Positions 51,070-59,755 of a stretch of DNA of 64,000 nucleotides are shown piece after piece. The notes under the pieces are model-generated. The model had not been told where the DNA came from. It saw only the letters and a program-made list of their open reading frames with translations, and made no database searches. Each line of letters opens with the position of its first letter. Positions within the stretch are counted from its first letter, which is position 1. A program made the position numbers and the translations under genes. Source of the DNA: an uncultured Candidatus Saccharibacteria bacterium (GTDB taxonomy: Bacteria > Patescibacteriota > Minisyncoccia > SW-4-49-11). The DNA is taken from positions 166,967-230,966 of the forward strand of contig CAZPCB010000002.1 in NCBI GenBank assembly GCA_964585065.1, given 5' to 3'.

Positions 51070-51942
51070 ATGAGTAAAAGTCCACTTGGAAGAGGATTAT
51101 CATCATTAATCCCCAATAAACCAGTAGAGACAGTAGCTGTCTTGCCACCACAAAAAACACAAATAGAATCTTCTCAAGGGGAGAGATTATTAGAAGTTTT
51201 TATCGATAGTATAGAGGCTAATCCTTATCAGCCAAGAATAGAATTTGTAGCTGAAGAAATTGAAAATCTATCTCGTTCTATACAGGAAAAAGGAATATTA
51301 CAACCCTTAGTGGTAACTGAAATACAAGAAGGTTCTTATCAATTAATTGCGGGTGAGCGACGTCTTAGAGCCGCTAAATTAGCAGGCCTGCAAACAGTTA
51401 CAGTAGTTGTGCGGAATAATGTTAGCGATCAGGATAAGGCAGAGCTTGCCTTAATTGAAAATATTCAAAGACAAAATTTGAATCCTATTGAAAGAGCTAA
51501 AGGATTTGCTGAATTACAGCATAAATTTCATATTACTCAAGATGATATTGCAAAACAATTAGATATTAGTCGCTCGGCTGTCGCTAATACGCTTCGATAT
51601 TTACAATTACCAGAAAGCGTACAATATGCTCTTTCAACGGGAGCTATTACAGAGGGACATGCAAAAATTATAGCGGGGCTGGCAACAGTAGAATTACAAG
51701 AACAGGTACTTGCTAATATTGTAACCAATGCTCTTAATGTCAGGCAAACAGAGAAAATTGTAAAAAAAGACCCTAATAGCCAATATAATCAAGTGAGTCC
51801 TGAAATAAAACAATGGGTTTCACAATTATCAGACACTCTTCATAATAAAGTAGAAATTAGGCGTAAAGGAAAACGCTATATTGTGACTTTAAATTTTTTT
51901 GAGGAGTCAGAAATTGAAAATTTATATAATAAACTTTCATAA
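51070..51942 (+). CDS. parB: Chromosome partitioning protein ParB/Spo0J
   Basis: LGRGLSSLI, NPYQPR, LIAGERRLRA, ENIQR, SRSAVAN HTH. Confidence 0.95.
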   Translation: MSKSPLGRGLSSLIPNKPVETVAVLPPQKTQIESSQGERLLEVFIDSIEANPYQPRIEFVAEEIENLSRSIQEKGILQPLVVTEIQEGSYQLIAGERRLRAAKLAGLQTVTVVVRNNVSDQDKAELALIENIQRQNLNPIERAKGFAELQHKFHITQDDIAKQLDISRSAVANTLRYLQLPESVQYALSTGAITEGHAKIIAGLATVELQEQVLANIVTNALNVRQTEKIVKKDPNSQYNQVSPEIKQWVSQLSDTLHNKVEIRRKGKRYIVTLNFFEESEIENLYNKLS

Positions 51943-51950
51943 AATACAAT

Positions 51951-52328
51951 ATGAATATTTTGAGTATTGACTATGGTGATGTTCGCATTGGGCTCGCGCA
52001 GGGTTCTACAGATCATAATATTGCTCTTCCACTGAAAGTAATACAAAATACTGATAAAGTTTGGGATGAATTACAAGAAATTATCACTCAATATGAAATT
52101 AATCATATTTTAGTTGGATTACCATTAAATTTTAAATCTGAGGATACTCAACAAACTACTAAGGTAAGAAATTTTATTACTGAATTAGATAAGCAATTTA
52201 ATGGGACTATTGAAGAATTTGACGAGAGATTAACGAGTGCTTTGGCAAAACGATATATTCCCAGAGGGCAAAGTATTGATGTGGAGTCAGCCCGTATTTT
52301 ATTAGAAGAATGGTTTGAAAAACAATAA
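51951..52328 (+). CDS. ruvX: Pre-16S rRNA nuclease / resolvase-like RuvX (YqgF)
   Basis: SIDYGDVRIGLA, VGLP, DERLTS, D..SARILL. Confidence 0.93.
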   Translation: MNILSIDYGDVRIGLAQGSTDHNIALPLKVIQNTDKVWDELQEIITQYEINHILVGLPLNFKSEDTQQTTKVRNFITELDKQFNGTIEEFDERLTSALAKRYIPRGQSIDVESARILLEEWFEKQ

Positions 52329-52329
52329 T

Positions 52330-53049
52330 ATGAAAATAAGTGTTATAATACCTGCCTATAATGAAGCTAAGAGAATTACTCCGACTATCCGTGATATTGT
52401 CGAATATTTAGATCAAGTATCTCCAAAAGATTATGAAATTCTCATTGTATTAGATGGCTCCAAGGATAATACTCTTAATATAGTGACAGAACTCGCTCAA
52501 GAATATAAAGCCATTCGCATTATTCATAATGTCGTTAATCGTGGAAAAGGTGCCGTTGTAAGACAAGGTATATTAGAGTCAATAGGAGAATATGTATTAT
52601 TTATGGATGCTGATAATTCAACTCGTATACAGGAATTAGATGCTATGTTGCCGGTATTAAAGCAGGGGACTGAGATTGTTATTGGTTCTAGGGATATGAA
52701 GGAGAGCAAGGTAGAAATTCATCAAGCTTGGTATAAAGAATTATTGGGAGATCTTGGCAATTGGTGGATACAGATATTATTGGTTGGAGGGATACAAGAT
52801 ACACAATGTGGATTTAAAGCTTTTTCTGGTATTGCTGCTCGACGTATATTTGAAAAAGTGAGTATGCGGGGCTGGTCATTTGATATTGAAGTATTAGCTT
52901 TGGCTCGATACTTTGGATACTCTATCAAAGAAATGCCAGTTATATGGTATAATGATGACAGCTCACATGTAACATTAAAAGATTATATTGCGGTACTCCG
53001 AGATACTTTTATTATCAAATATAGAATCTGGACGGGATATTATCAATAA
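52330..53049 (+). CDS. GT2 polyprenyl-phosphate glycosyltransferase (ALG5-like)
   Basis: SVIIPAYNEA, NRGKG, FMDAD, DTQCGFK, FDIE. Confidence 0.9.
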   Translation: MKISVIIPAYNEAKRITPTIRDIVEYLDQVSPKDYEILIVLDGSKDNTLNIVTELAQEYKAIRIIHNVVNRGKGAVVRQGILESIGEYVLFMDADNSTRIQELDAMLPVLKQGTEIVIGSRDMKESKVEIHQAWYKELLGDLGNWWIQILLVGGIQDTQCGFKAFSGIAARRIFEKVSMRGWSFDIEVLALARYFGYSIKEMPVIWYNDDSSHVTLKDYIAVLRDTFIIKYRIWTGYYQ

Positions 53050-53057
53050 TATCATTT

Positions 53058-54056
53058 ATGAAAAAAACAAAAACAACTCAAGAATTTCGCCAAGATCCAT
53101 TCACCTCTGAATGGGTATTAGTTTCAACAGATAGGAATAATCGCCCACGTAGTCTTGTATCTCCTATACTCCAATCTAGTGATATATCAAAAATCCTTGA
53201 TCCTTTTGCTGATATTGTAAAAGGTAAATCAAAAGAAAAAATACTATTAACAATACAGGATGATGAAAATGAAGAGCAGGTATTTGTAGTTAATAATAAA
53301 TACCCATTATTTGCCTCAGTCAAAAACCCTCATTATCAGCATCAAGGACCTTATGATTTTGTTGCGGGCGAGGGGATTCATGAGCTTGTTATTTATCGAG
53401 ATATAGATACTCCTATACGCAATTTTTCTATTAAAAAATTAGCTTTGGTATTTAAAGCTTTTCAGAAGCGCAGTTTTGATATAATGAAGCAAAAACATAT
53501 TCGCTATATTGCGGTGATTCATAATAATGGACTGAAGGCTGGAGCCACTATAGCCCATCCACATTCCCAAATTATAGCCTCCCCGATAGTACCAGATGGT
53601 ATTGAGAGAATTATTGAAGGAGCTAGTCTCTATTATCGCTCACATAAAAGGGATTTAGCTGATATTATTATTAATTTTGAACAAGAATATAAAATACGAG
53701 TTATTGCAGAAAATGATGATTTTATTGCTTTTACTCCATATGCCTCCAAGGCAGCCTATGAAGTAGAAATATTTCCCAAAATAGCTCAAGCACATTTTGC
53801 ATATAGTGATGCTGGGACATTATATAATTTAGCTAAAATATATAAAATAATATTAAAGGCATATTATAGGGTTTTAGGAGATATTGATTATAATATGGCA
53901 ATAATTACAGCTCCTGTAGATGGCAATCTCTACAAGGGATTTCGATGGTTTATTCGGTTAACCCCGCGTATTGATTTTATCGGAGGTTATGAAATAGGTA
54001 CAGATACGGATATTTGTACTATATCTCCTGAATTTGCAGCCGATCTTTTGAGATAA
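53058..54056 (+). CDS. galT: Galactose-1-phosphate uridylyltransferase family (HIT-like)
   Basis: EFRQDP..WV..R..RP, NKYP, GIHE, GATIAHPHSQI. Confidence 0.8.
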   Translation: MKKTKTTQEFRQDPFTSEWVLVSTDRNNRPRSLVSPILQSSDISKILDPFADIVKGKSKEKILLTIQDDENEEQVFVVNNKYPLFASVKNPHYQHQGPYDFVAGEGIHELVIYRDIDTPIRNFSIKKLALVFKAFQKRSFDIMKQKHIRYIAVIHNNGLKAGATIAHPHSQIIASPIVPDGIERIIEGASLYYRSHKRDLADIIINFEQEYKIRVIAENDDFIAFTPYASKAAYEVEIFPKIAQAHFAYSDAGTLYNLAKIYKIILKAYYRVLGDIDYNMAIITAPVDGNLYKGFRWFIRLTPRIDFIGGYEIGTDTDICTISPEFAADLLR

Positions 54057-54058
54057 TT

Positions 54059-54718
54059 ATGTATAAGATTAAAAATCTTCCTCCCAATCAACAGCCTCGA
54101 GAGCGATTGATTGAGCTTGGAGCTGAGGCTTTAAGTCTAGAAGAATTATTATCTATTATTCTGGGTACGGGATATAAAGGAGAAAATGTTTTGGAATTAT
54201 CAAAAAGAATATTCCAAGATTATGGGTCTAAAGCTATCACAGGATATCATCGAGTAGAGGATATTATGCAAGATTTTAGTCTCCCAAGAGTTAAAGCTTG
54301 TCAGGTTTTAGCTTGTTTTGAAATAGGAAAGCGTATATTTGCTGACAATACAGTTGAGATCACTACTATTCACTCTCCTCAAGATGTATGGGAATTAGTA
54401 TCAGATATGTATACTCTCAAAAAAGAATATTTGCGGGGACTTTATCTCAATATAAAAAATCAAATTATTCATGATGAGATAATTTCAATAGGGACAATTG
54501 ATCAGAGTATTGCTCATCCTCGAGATATTTTTGCACCAGCTTTAAAATATCATGCAGCAGGTATTATTATTGTACATAATCACCCTTCTGGAGATATTAC
54601 TCCAAGCAAAGCAGATATAGTGCTTACTCAGCAATTAAAAGATATTGGTAAACTAATGTCTATACCAGTTCTCGACCACATTATTGTCAGTAAATCGGGA
54701 TATAAAAGTATTGAATAG
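54059..54718 (+). CDS. radC: RadC family JAB-domain protein
   Basis: PRERL..GAEALS..ELL, HPRDIF, HNHPSGD.TPS..D, LDHII. Confidence 0.94.
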   Translation: MYKIKNLPPNQQPRERLIELGAEALSLEELLSIILGTGYKGENVLELSKRIFQDYGSKAITGYHRVEDIMQDFSLPRVKACQVLACFEIGKRIFADNTVEITTIHSPQDVWELVSDMYTLKKEYLRGLYLNIKNQIIHDEIISIGTIDQSIAHPRDIFAPALKYHAAGIIIVHNHPSGDITPSKADIVLTQQLKDIGKLMSIPVLDHIIVSKSGYKSIE

Positions 54719-54831
54719 TACATAATATGTTAACTCATAACATATTATGTAGATAGCTTAAATATGCTATGTTTAGCCCTTTACTAATTGGGTAAAATAG
54801 TGTATAATTGCTCTATCTAATCAGAATCTTT

Positions 54832-55449
54832 ATGGCAGATATTCAACAAATACCAGAAGCACAACAAAAAGCAAAAAAAGGGCAAACTGAATTATGGGAT
54901 TTGATCCAAACAATACTTATTTTTGCTGTTGTTTATTTTGTCGTTAAGACATATATTGCACAGCCATTTTTGGTAAAAGGTCGTTCTATGGAACAAACAT
55001 TTTCAGATGGAGACTATCTCATTGTAGATGAATTCTCTTATCGCTTTCGTGATCCACAACGATTTGAAGTTGTTGTTTTCCATACTGAATTTATTCCGGG
55101 AGGAGCTGAGAGGGAATATTATATTAAAAGAGTAATTGGGCTTCCAGGAGATAGAGTGGTGATAAAAGATGGAAAAGTTACTATATATGAAAAGAATGGA
55201 GAAGTTCCAACTGAATTAGAGGAGGCTTATATTTTAGATGGGATTAAAACCCTTTCTCCTGAACCAATAGATATTGTCTTGGAGGCTAATAAATATTTTG
55301 TATTAGGAGATAATAGAGGGAATAGTTCAGATTCTCGCTATTGGGGGGTATTAGATAAGTCCTATATTGTGGGAAAACCTGCAGTTAGACTATTCCCATT
55401 CAATGAGATAACTGTGTTTTCCAAGGGGAAATTTATAGAAAGTAATTAA
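54832..55449 (+). CDS. lepB: Signal peptidase I
   Basis: GRSME.TF, YIKRVIGLPGD, FVLGDNRGNSSDSR. Confidence 0.95.
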   Translation: MADIQQIPEAQQKAKKGQTELWDLIQTILIFAVVYFVVKTYIAQPFLVKGRSMEQTFSDGDYLIVDEFSYRFRDPQRFEVVVFHTEFIPGGAEREYYIKRVIGLPGDRVVIKDGKVTIYEKNGEVPTELEEAYILDGIKTLSPEPIDIVLEANKYFVLGDNRGNSSDSRYWGVLDKSYIVGKPAVRLFPFNEITVFSKGKFIESN

Positions 55450-55457
55450 CATAGAGT

Positions 55458-56738
55458 ATGAGTAATAAGATATTTCAGATAATTCCTTCACTATCACAAA
55501 ATAAAATTACAAGTGAAACAACTGCTATTTGGGAACATATTGTTGCGGATATACGATTAACCCTACAAAGTACAGGGTATCAGCATAATGTATTTGCTTT
55601 TAGTCAAAAAATTTCTTTATTTACTCCAGAAATAATTTCCGCATTAAATCTTAATGATAAAAAATCTTTACTGACTCTCAAAAGAGCAAGTAAAGATGCT
55701 ATTGTTATGAGTGTGCCAGGACCTATAAGTATATTCAAATCAGTTATTGATCATAATCTTGAATATCAAGAAGAACCATTAAAATTATTTGACTATGGAA
55801 TATCATTGGTAGATGAGGATGATGATATTACAACAGAGCCAAAGCAATTACATGTATTTAAAGCTGAATGTATTGGGGATGATACTCCTGTGAGGGATGC
55901 TGAATTAATTCTCACTACGTATCGAATGTTGGAAGAATTAGCCATACCTAATTTAATAGTGACAATAAATGAGCTTGGAGGGCAAGAATCTCGGCGAAAA
56001 TATTATGAGGAATTAGTGTCAAAGGCACAGCCTCGTTTTGCAGAATTAGTTCAATCATTACAATATAATCCTATACAATTATATAATGAATTATCTTCAG
56101 AAGATACTGATATTAATTTACGATTACCGCAAATTGTAGATTATTTGAGCACTTCTGAAACTCAGTATTTTAAAGCAATATTAGAATTTTTGGAGACATT
56201 AGATATTCCTTATGAATTAGATTCTAGTCTTTCGGGTTCAATTGGATTTAATGAGGGAGTATATTTTGAAATTAGAAGTCAGGATAATCCAGATATTGTA
56301 CTGGTACGTGGAGGAAGACATAATGAATTATTTACTCTTTTGGGAGGAGATAAAAAAGCAGGATCAGTGGGGGTAGAAATTTATGTGGATGCGCTTGTAC
56401 ATATTGTTGCACAAATACAGACAGATGTGGTGATTGAGAAAAAAAAGCCGGATATTTTTGTAGCTTCTATTGGTCCTGAAGGACAAAAAAGTGCTTTAAA
56501 AATATTATCTCTGATTCAAAAACATGGACTTGGAGTAAAAGAAAGCTTTGGAATCAAAAGTCTCAAACAACAATTATTAAAAGCAAAAAAATCAGATGCG
56601 GAGATTACTCTTATAGTTGGTCGTAAGGAGGCTGTGGATGGGACGGTTATACTTAGAGATAAAGAAAGTGAAAATCAAGAAGTAATACCTATTGAAAAAT
56701 TATTATCCATTATTAGTCATAAATTAGAGAAAGAATAA
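55458..56738 (+). CDS. Histidine--tRNA ligase-like protein with degenerate catalytic motifs and a retained anticodon-binding domain
   Basis: HisRS length and layout (ECIG...DAELI, GGRHN, KSLKQQL.KA, IVG.KE...GTVILRD), but class II catalytic motifs are absent. Confidence 0.75.
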   Translation: MSNKIFQIIPSLSQNKITSETTAIWEHIVADIRLTLQSTGYQHNVFAFSQKISLFTPEIISALNLNDKKSLLTLKRASKDAIVMSVPGPISIFKSVIDHNLEYQEEPLKLFDYGISLVDEDDDITTEPKQLHVFKAECIGDDTPVRDAELILTTYRMLEELAIPNLIVTINELGGQESRRKYYEELVSKAQPRFAELVQSLQYNPIQLYNELSSEDTDINLRLPQIVDYLSTSETQYFKAILEFLETLDIPYELDSSLSGSIGFNEGVYFEIRSQDNPDIVLVRGGRHNELFTLLGGDKKAGSVGVEIYVDALVHIVAQIQTDVVIEKKKPDIFVASIGPEGQKSALKILSLIQKHGLGVKESFGIKSLKQQLLKAKKSDAEITLIVGRKEAVDGTVILRDKESENQEVIPIEKLLSIISHKLEKE

Positions 56739-56789
56739 ATTGGTAAATCAATACAAAGACAAACAATAATTAATTATAAACTGTAGAGT

Positions 56790-57240
56790 GGTTGACAAGT
56801 GGGGGAGGAGGTCCCCTCCGAAGGGAGACAAAATACAAGTTGCACAAAAATCCAAACACAGGTGACTGAGAGGTCACCCCTACGAGATTTTATAAAAAGT
56901 TTGTATATATCTCAAGTGCTAATATATACAAACTAGGGTACTTTGTATATATCTATGAATAAGATGAGATACATCGTAGACAAAATGAGATTGGTGTAGG
57001 GTGGCCTTACAATCGCATATGTTTTCGTAACAAAAGAATTATTACTTTTATCCCCCCCTTTTTTTTTGGGGTAGGGGCTGAAAGGCGGGGGTGTATAAGA
57101 TAAAAACTTGAACTCTATCCACCTCCGGCCTGACGGCCACCTCCTCCAAAGGAGAACAATTTTTGTATCAAGCTATGTTTTGTAAGTTATTAATGTATAG
57201 TAATCTGTTTTATATATTAATTTCCCCATCTCCTACAGGT
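56790..57240. repeat. Second cluster of palindromic REP/MITE-like repeats
   Basis: Several hairpins (GGTGAC..GTCACC, AGTTTGTATATAT..ATATATACAAACT, GGCC-TGAC-GGCC); 56954-57016 similar to 41162-41225. Confidence 0.6.
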
Positions 57241-57333
57241 AATAGATAGTAATACAGAGAATAACCGTGACACTCCTCTCTGTACAGAGAATATAATATA
57301 TATTATAATAATAGTATATTAATTTTTATTATT

Positions 57334-58326
57334 ATGTCTAAAGATATAGATTCTAGTTTAGAATCATCAGGTGAAAAACAAGTTTATGCCTCATCTCAGA
57401 GAAGATTGATTGCATATGTTTTGGATTTTATTTTAGCATTCTGGATATCATATGTATTATATATAATAAGTTTTATTATCATTATATTAGCCCCGTTTCC
57501 TCTTGTTACCTTGTATAATAATATACATAATAGAGTGCTTGAACTATTTGATAACAATATAATAATTTTTGGATTGATTCTATATACTGTTTATTTTGGT
57601 TTATCCTTTCTCATCTTTGGGAATACATTGGGAGGGAAGTCTACGGGAATTAATGTTGTGAATACGGCAGGGGGTATTATATCTAAAAGAAAACTAGCTT
57701 TTAGGGGGCTGATTATAGGAGTGTTGACGTCATTATCTCCATTGATACTATTACTATCAATTACTACCTTATTTGATAAAAAGAAAAGAACTTTGTATGA
57801 TATGGTGCTTGGTACGGTGGTTAATAAAGAATTATCTCATAATAATTATGATTCACTACCACAAAATCAAGTATATGCATCAGCTTTAAGAAGATTTTCT
57901 GCATATACTTTAGATATAATTCTTTTGATTATTATTTCGGTTGTCTTGAGTACGGGGTTTTTATTTGCTTATTTGGGAGGTATTATAGGATCTGCTGGAT
58001 TTGATCCTTTTGTTGGGCTTGCTCAAAATCAATTTTTAACTGACATTGTAACTACAAATAAATATGAGAGCCTTTATAGTTTGATTTATATTTTTTACTT
58101 TTTCTTCTCATTTCTCCTATTTGGGAATACATGGGGAGGGTATATTTTGAAAATTGAATCAGTAAATAGTGGTGGTGAGCGAGCATCAAAAATTAAGCTT
58201 GCTTTTAGAGCTTTGTGGTTTGTATTAATCCCAATTAGTGCAATAACAGTTTTATTTAATGACAAAAAAAGAGCTGTACATGATGTAGTTTTCGGTACAG
58301 TGGTGACTAAAGATAGAATCTTATAG
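57334..58326 (+). CDS. Tandem double RDD-domain membrane protein
   Basis: Two copies of QVYAS..RR..AY.LD..GNT.GG..K.KLAFR..KKR...D.V.GTVV. Confidence 0.9.
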   Translation: MSKDIDSSLESSGEKQVYASSQRRLIAYVLDFILAFWISYVLYIISFIIIILAPFPLVTLYNNIHNRVLELFDNNIIIFGLILYTVYFGLSFLIFGNTLGGKSTGINVVNTAGGIISKRKLAFRGLIIGVLTSLSPLILLLSITTLFDKKKRTLYDMVLGTVVNKELSHNNYDSLPQNQVYASALRRFSAYTLDIILLIIISVVLSTGFLFAYLGGIIGSAGFDPFVGLAQNQFLTDIVTTNKYESLYSLIYIFYFFFSFLLFGNTWGGYILKIESVNSGGERASKIKLAFRALWFVLIPISAITVLFNDKKRAVHDVVFGTVVTKDRIL

Positions 58327-58525
58327 GGTACTGGAAGTAAAAATTGTATTGAATACGATATATGGGGGGATATTTATTTTAGATTTATCTATTAATTTAC
58401 CCATTTCCTACACCTCATCTTATACATACTATTGCTAATCTTTTGATTTTGTGATACAATTTTAACAAAGTCTTGCAAAAGACTCATTTTTAGTGAATGA
58501 AAACAATGAAAGGAGGTTATATTAT

Positions 58526-58795
58526 ATGGTAGAAGTAAGAAAGAGAGAAAGAGAAAGCGTAGAGTCTATGATTCGACGCTTCACTCGACGTATTCAGAAA
58601 AGCGAAGTATTAGTTGAAGCCCGAGCCTCACGATTTTTGACCAAGAATAAGTCAAAGACCAAGCAAAGACAAGCAGCAATTAAAAAAGTTCAATTTTTAA
58701 CTGAGAAAGATAAATTAGTTAAAATGGGGAAAGTTCGTTCAACAGAAAGACTTCCTAATAAGTATAAGTTGAAAATTAAAGCAAGTATCAAATAA
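58526..58795 (+). CDS. rpsU: 30S ribosomal protein S21
   Basis: MVEVRKRERESVESMIRRFTRRIQKS; very basic; upstream of yqeY; AAAGGAGGT upstream. Confidence 0.85.
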   Translation: MVEVRKRERESVESMIRRFTRRIQKSEVLVEARASRFLTKNKSKTKQRQAAIKKVQFLTEKDKLVKMGKVRSTERLPNKYKLKIKASIK

Positions 58796-58806
58796 TACCT
58801 TTCACT

Positions 58807-59247
58807 ATGTCTCAAATTGCGCTTCAAATTAAAAAAGATATGATACAGGCCATGAAAGATCATGATGATCTTAAAAAGACTGTACTCAGAACTTTTAGTT
58901 CAGAATTTAAAAATGCTGAAATTGATAAAGGAGCCCCTTTGGAGGATATTGATGTTCTTAAGGTATTGGCTCGACTTGAAAAACAACGAAAAGATTCTAT
59001 TCAAGCTTATCGCGATGCGGGAAGACAAGATTTGGTTGATTCAGAGCAGGCTGAACTTGATATTATTCAATCTTATTTGCCAGCAAAACTTTCAGATGAA
59101 GAATTAGCTCAATTAGTAGATGCGAGTATTGCTGAATTGGGAGATGCTGCGAATTTTGGTTCTGTGATGAAATCAGTAGTTACAAAAGCCCAAGGTAAGG
59201 CTGATGGGAATCAGATTAAAACCTTAGTTCAAGCTAAATTAGGATAA
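58807..59247 (+). CDS. GatB/YqeY domain protein
   Basis: DMIQAMK, KQRKDSI..Y..AGRQDL..E..EL..I..YLP, G.VMK, ADG. Confidence 0.93.
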   Translation: MSQIALQIKKDMIQAMKDHDDLKKTVLRTFSSEFKNAEIDKGAPLEDIDVLKVLARLEKQRKDSIQAYRDAGRQDLVDSEQAELDIIQSYLPAKLSDEELAQLVDASIAELGDAANFGSVMKSVVTKAQGKADGNQIKTLVQAKLG

Positions 59248-59250
59248 TAT

Positions 59251-59709
59251 ATGATATTGGAATTTGAAACACAAGTTCCAAATATTCCGGACTATAATAA
59301 TCTTATAGCTTTATGTGTTGATACCTTTAGCAATTATATTGACCGTAACTTGCAAGAGACTACGGTCAGTATTGCTATTGTACCAGAAGAGACAATTCAA
59401 AGTCTCAATGCTCAATATAGGTCTCAGGATAAAGTAACTGATGTATTGTCATTCCCGCTATGGGATAAGGCGAGTATTCAGAGTTTGCCGGAGCAAATTT
59501 TAGGAGAAATTGTTATATGTTATAATCGTGCCCTGTCACAAGCTCAAGATTTAGAGCATAGTATAGAATATGAAATTGCTGTACTATGTATACATGGATT
59601 ATGTCATCTTATAGGATATGATCATTTGACGGATAGTGAATATGAGAAGATGAAAGAAGTGGAGCAAGAATTATTGACAATAGTCAAAAAACACTATTCC
59701 TTTTCCTAA
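59251..59709 (+). CDS. ybeY: rRNA maturation RNase YbeY
   Basis: LN..YR..DKVTDVLSFP, LGEIVI, HGLCHLIGYDH. Confidence 0.96.
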   Translation: MILEFETQVPNIPDYNNLIALCVDTFSNYIDRNLQETTVSIAIVPEETIQSLNAQYRSQDKVTDVLSFPLWDKASIQSLPEQILGEIVICYNRALSQAQDLEHSIEYEIAVLCIHGLCHLIGYDHLTDSEYEKMKEVEQELLTIVKKHYSFS

Positions 59710-59755
59710 ATAAATGTGATATGATAAAAAGAGATAAAAACAATACAGATAAATT

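Noticed and set aside
54719-54751. Canonical dif site
   Set aside because: The CATAA and TTATG words are 4 nt apart rather than 6, and the XerD arm TTATGTTAAAT is not matched.
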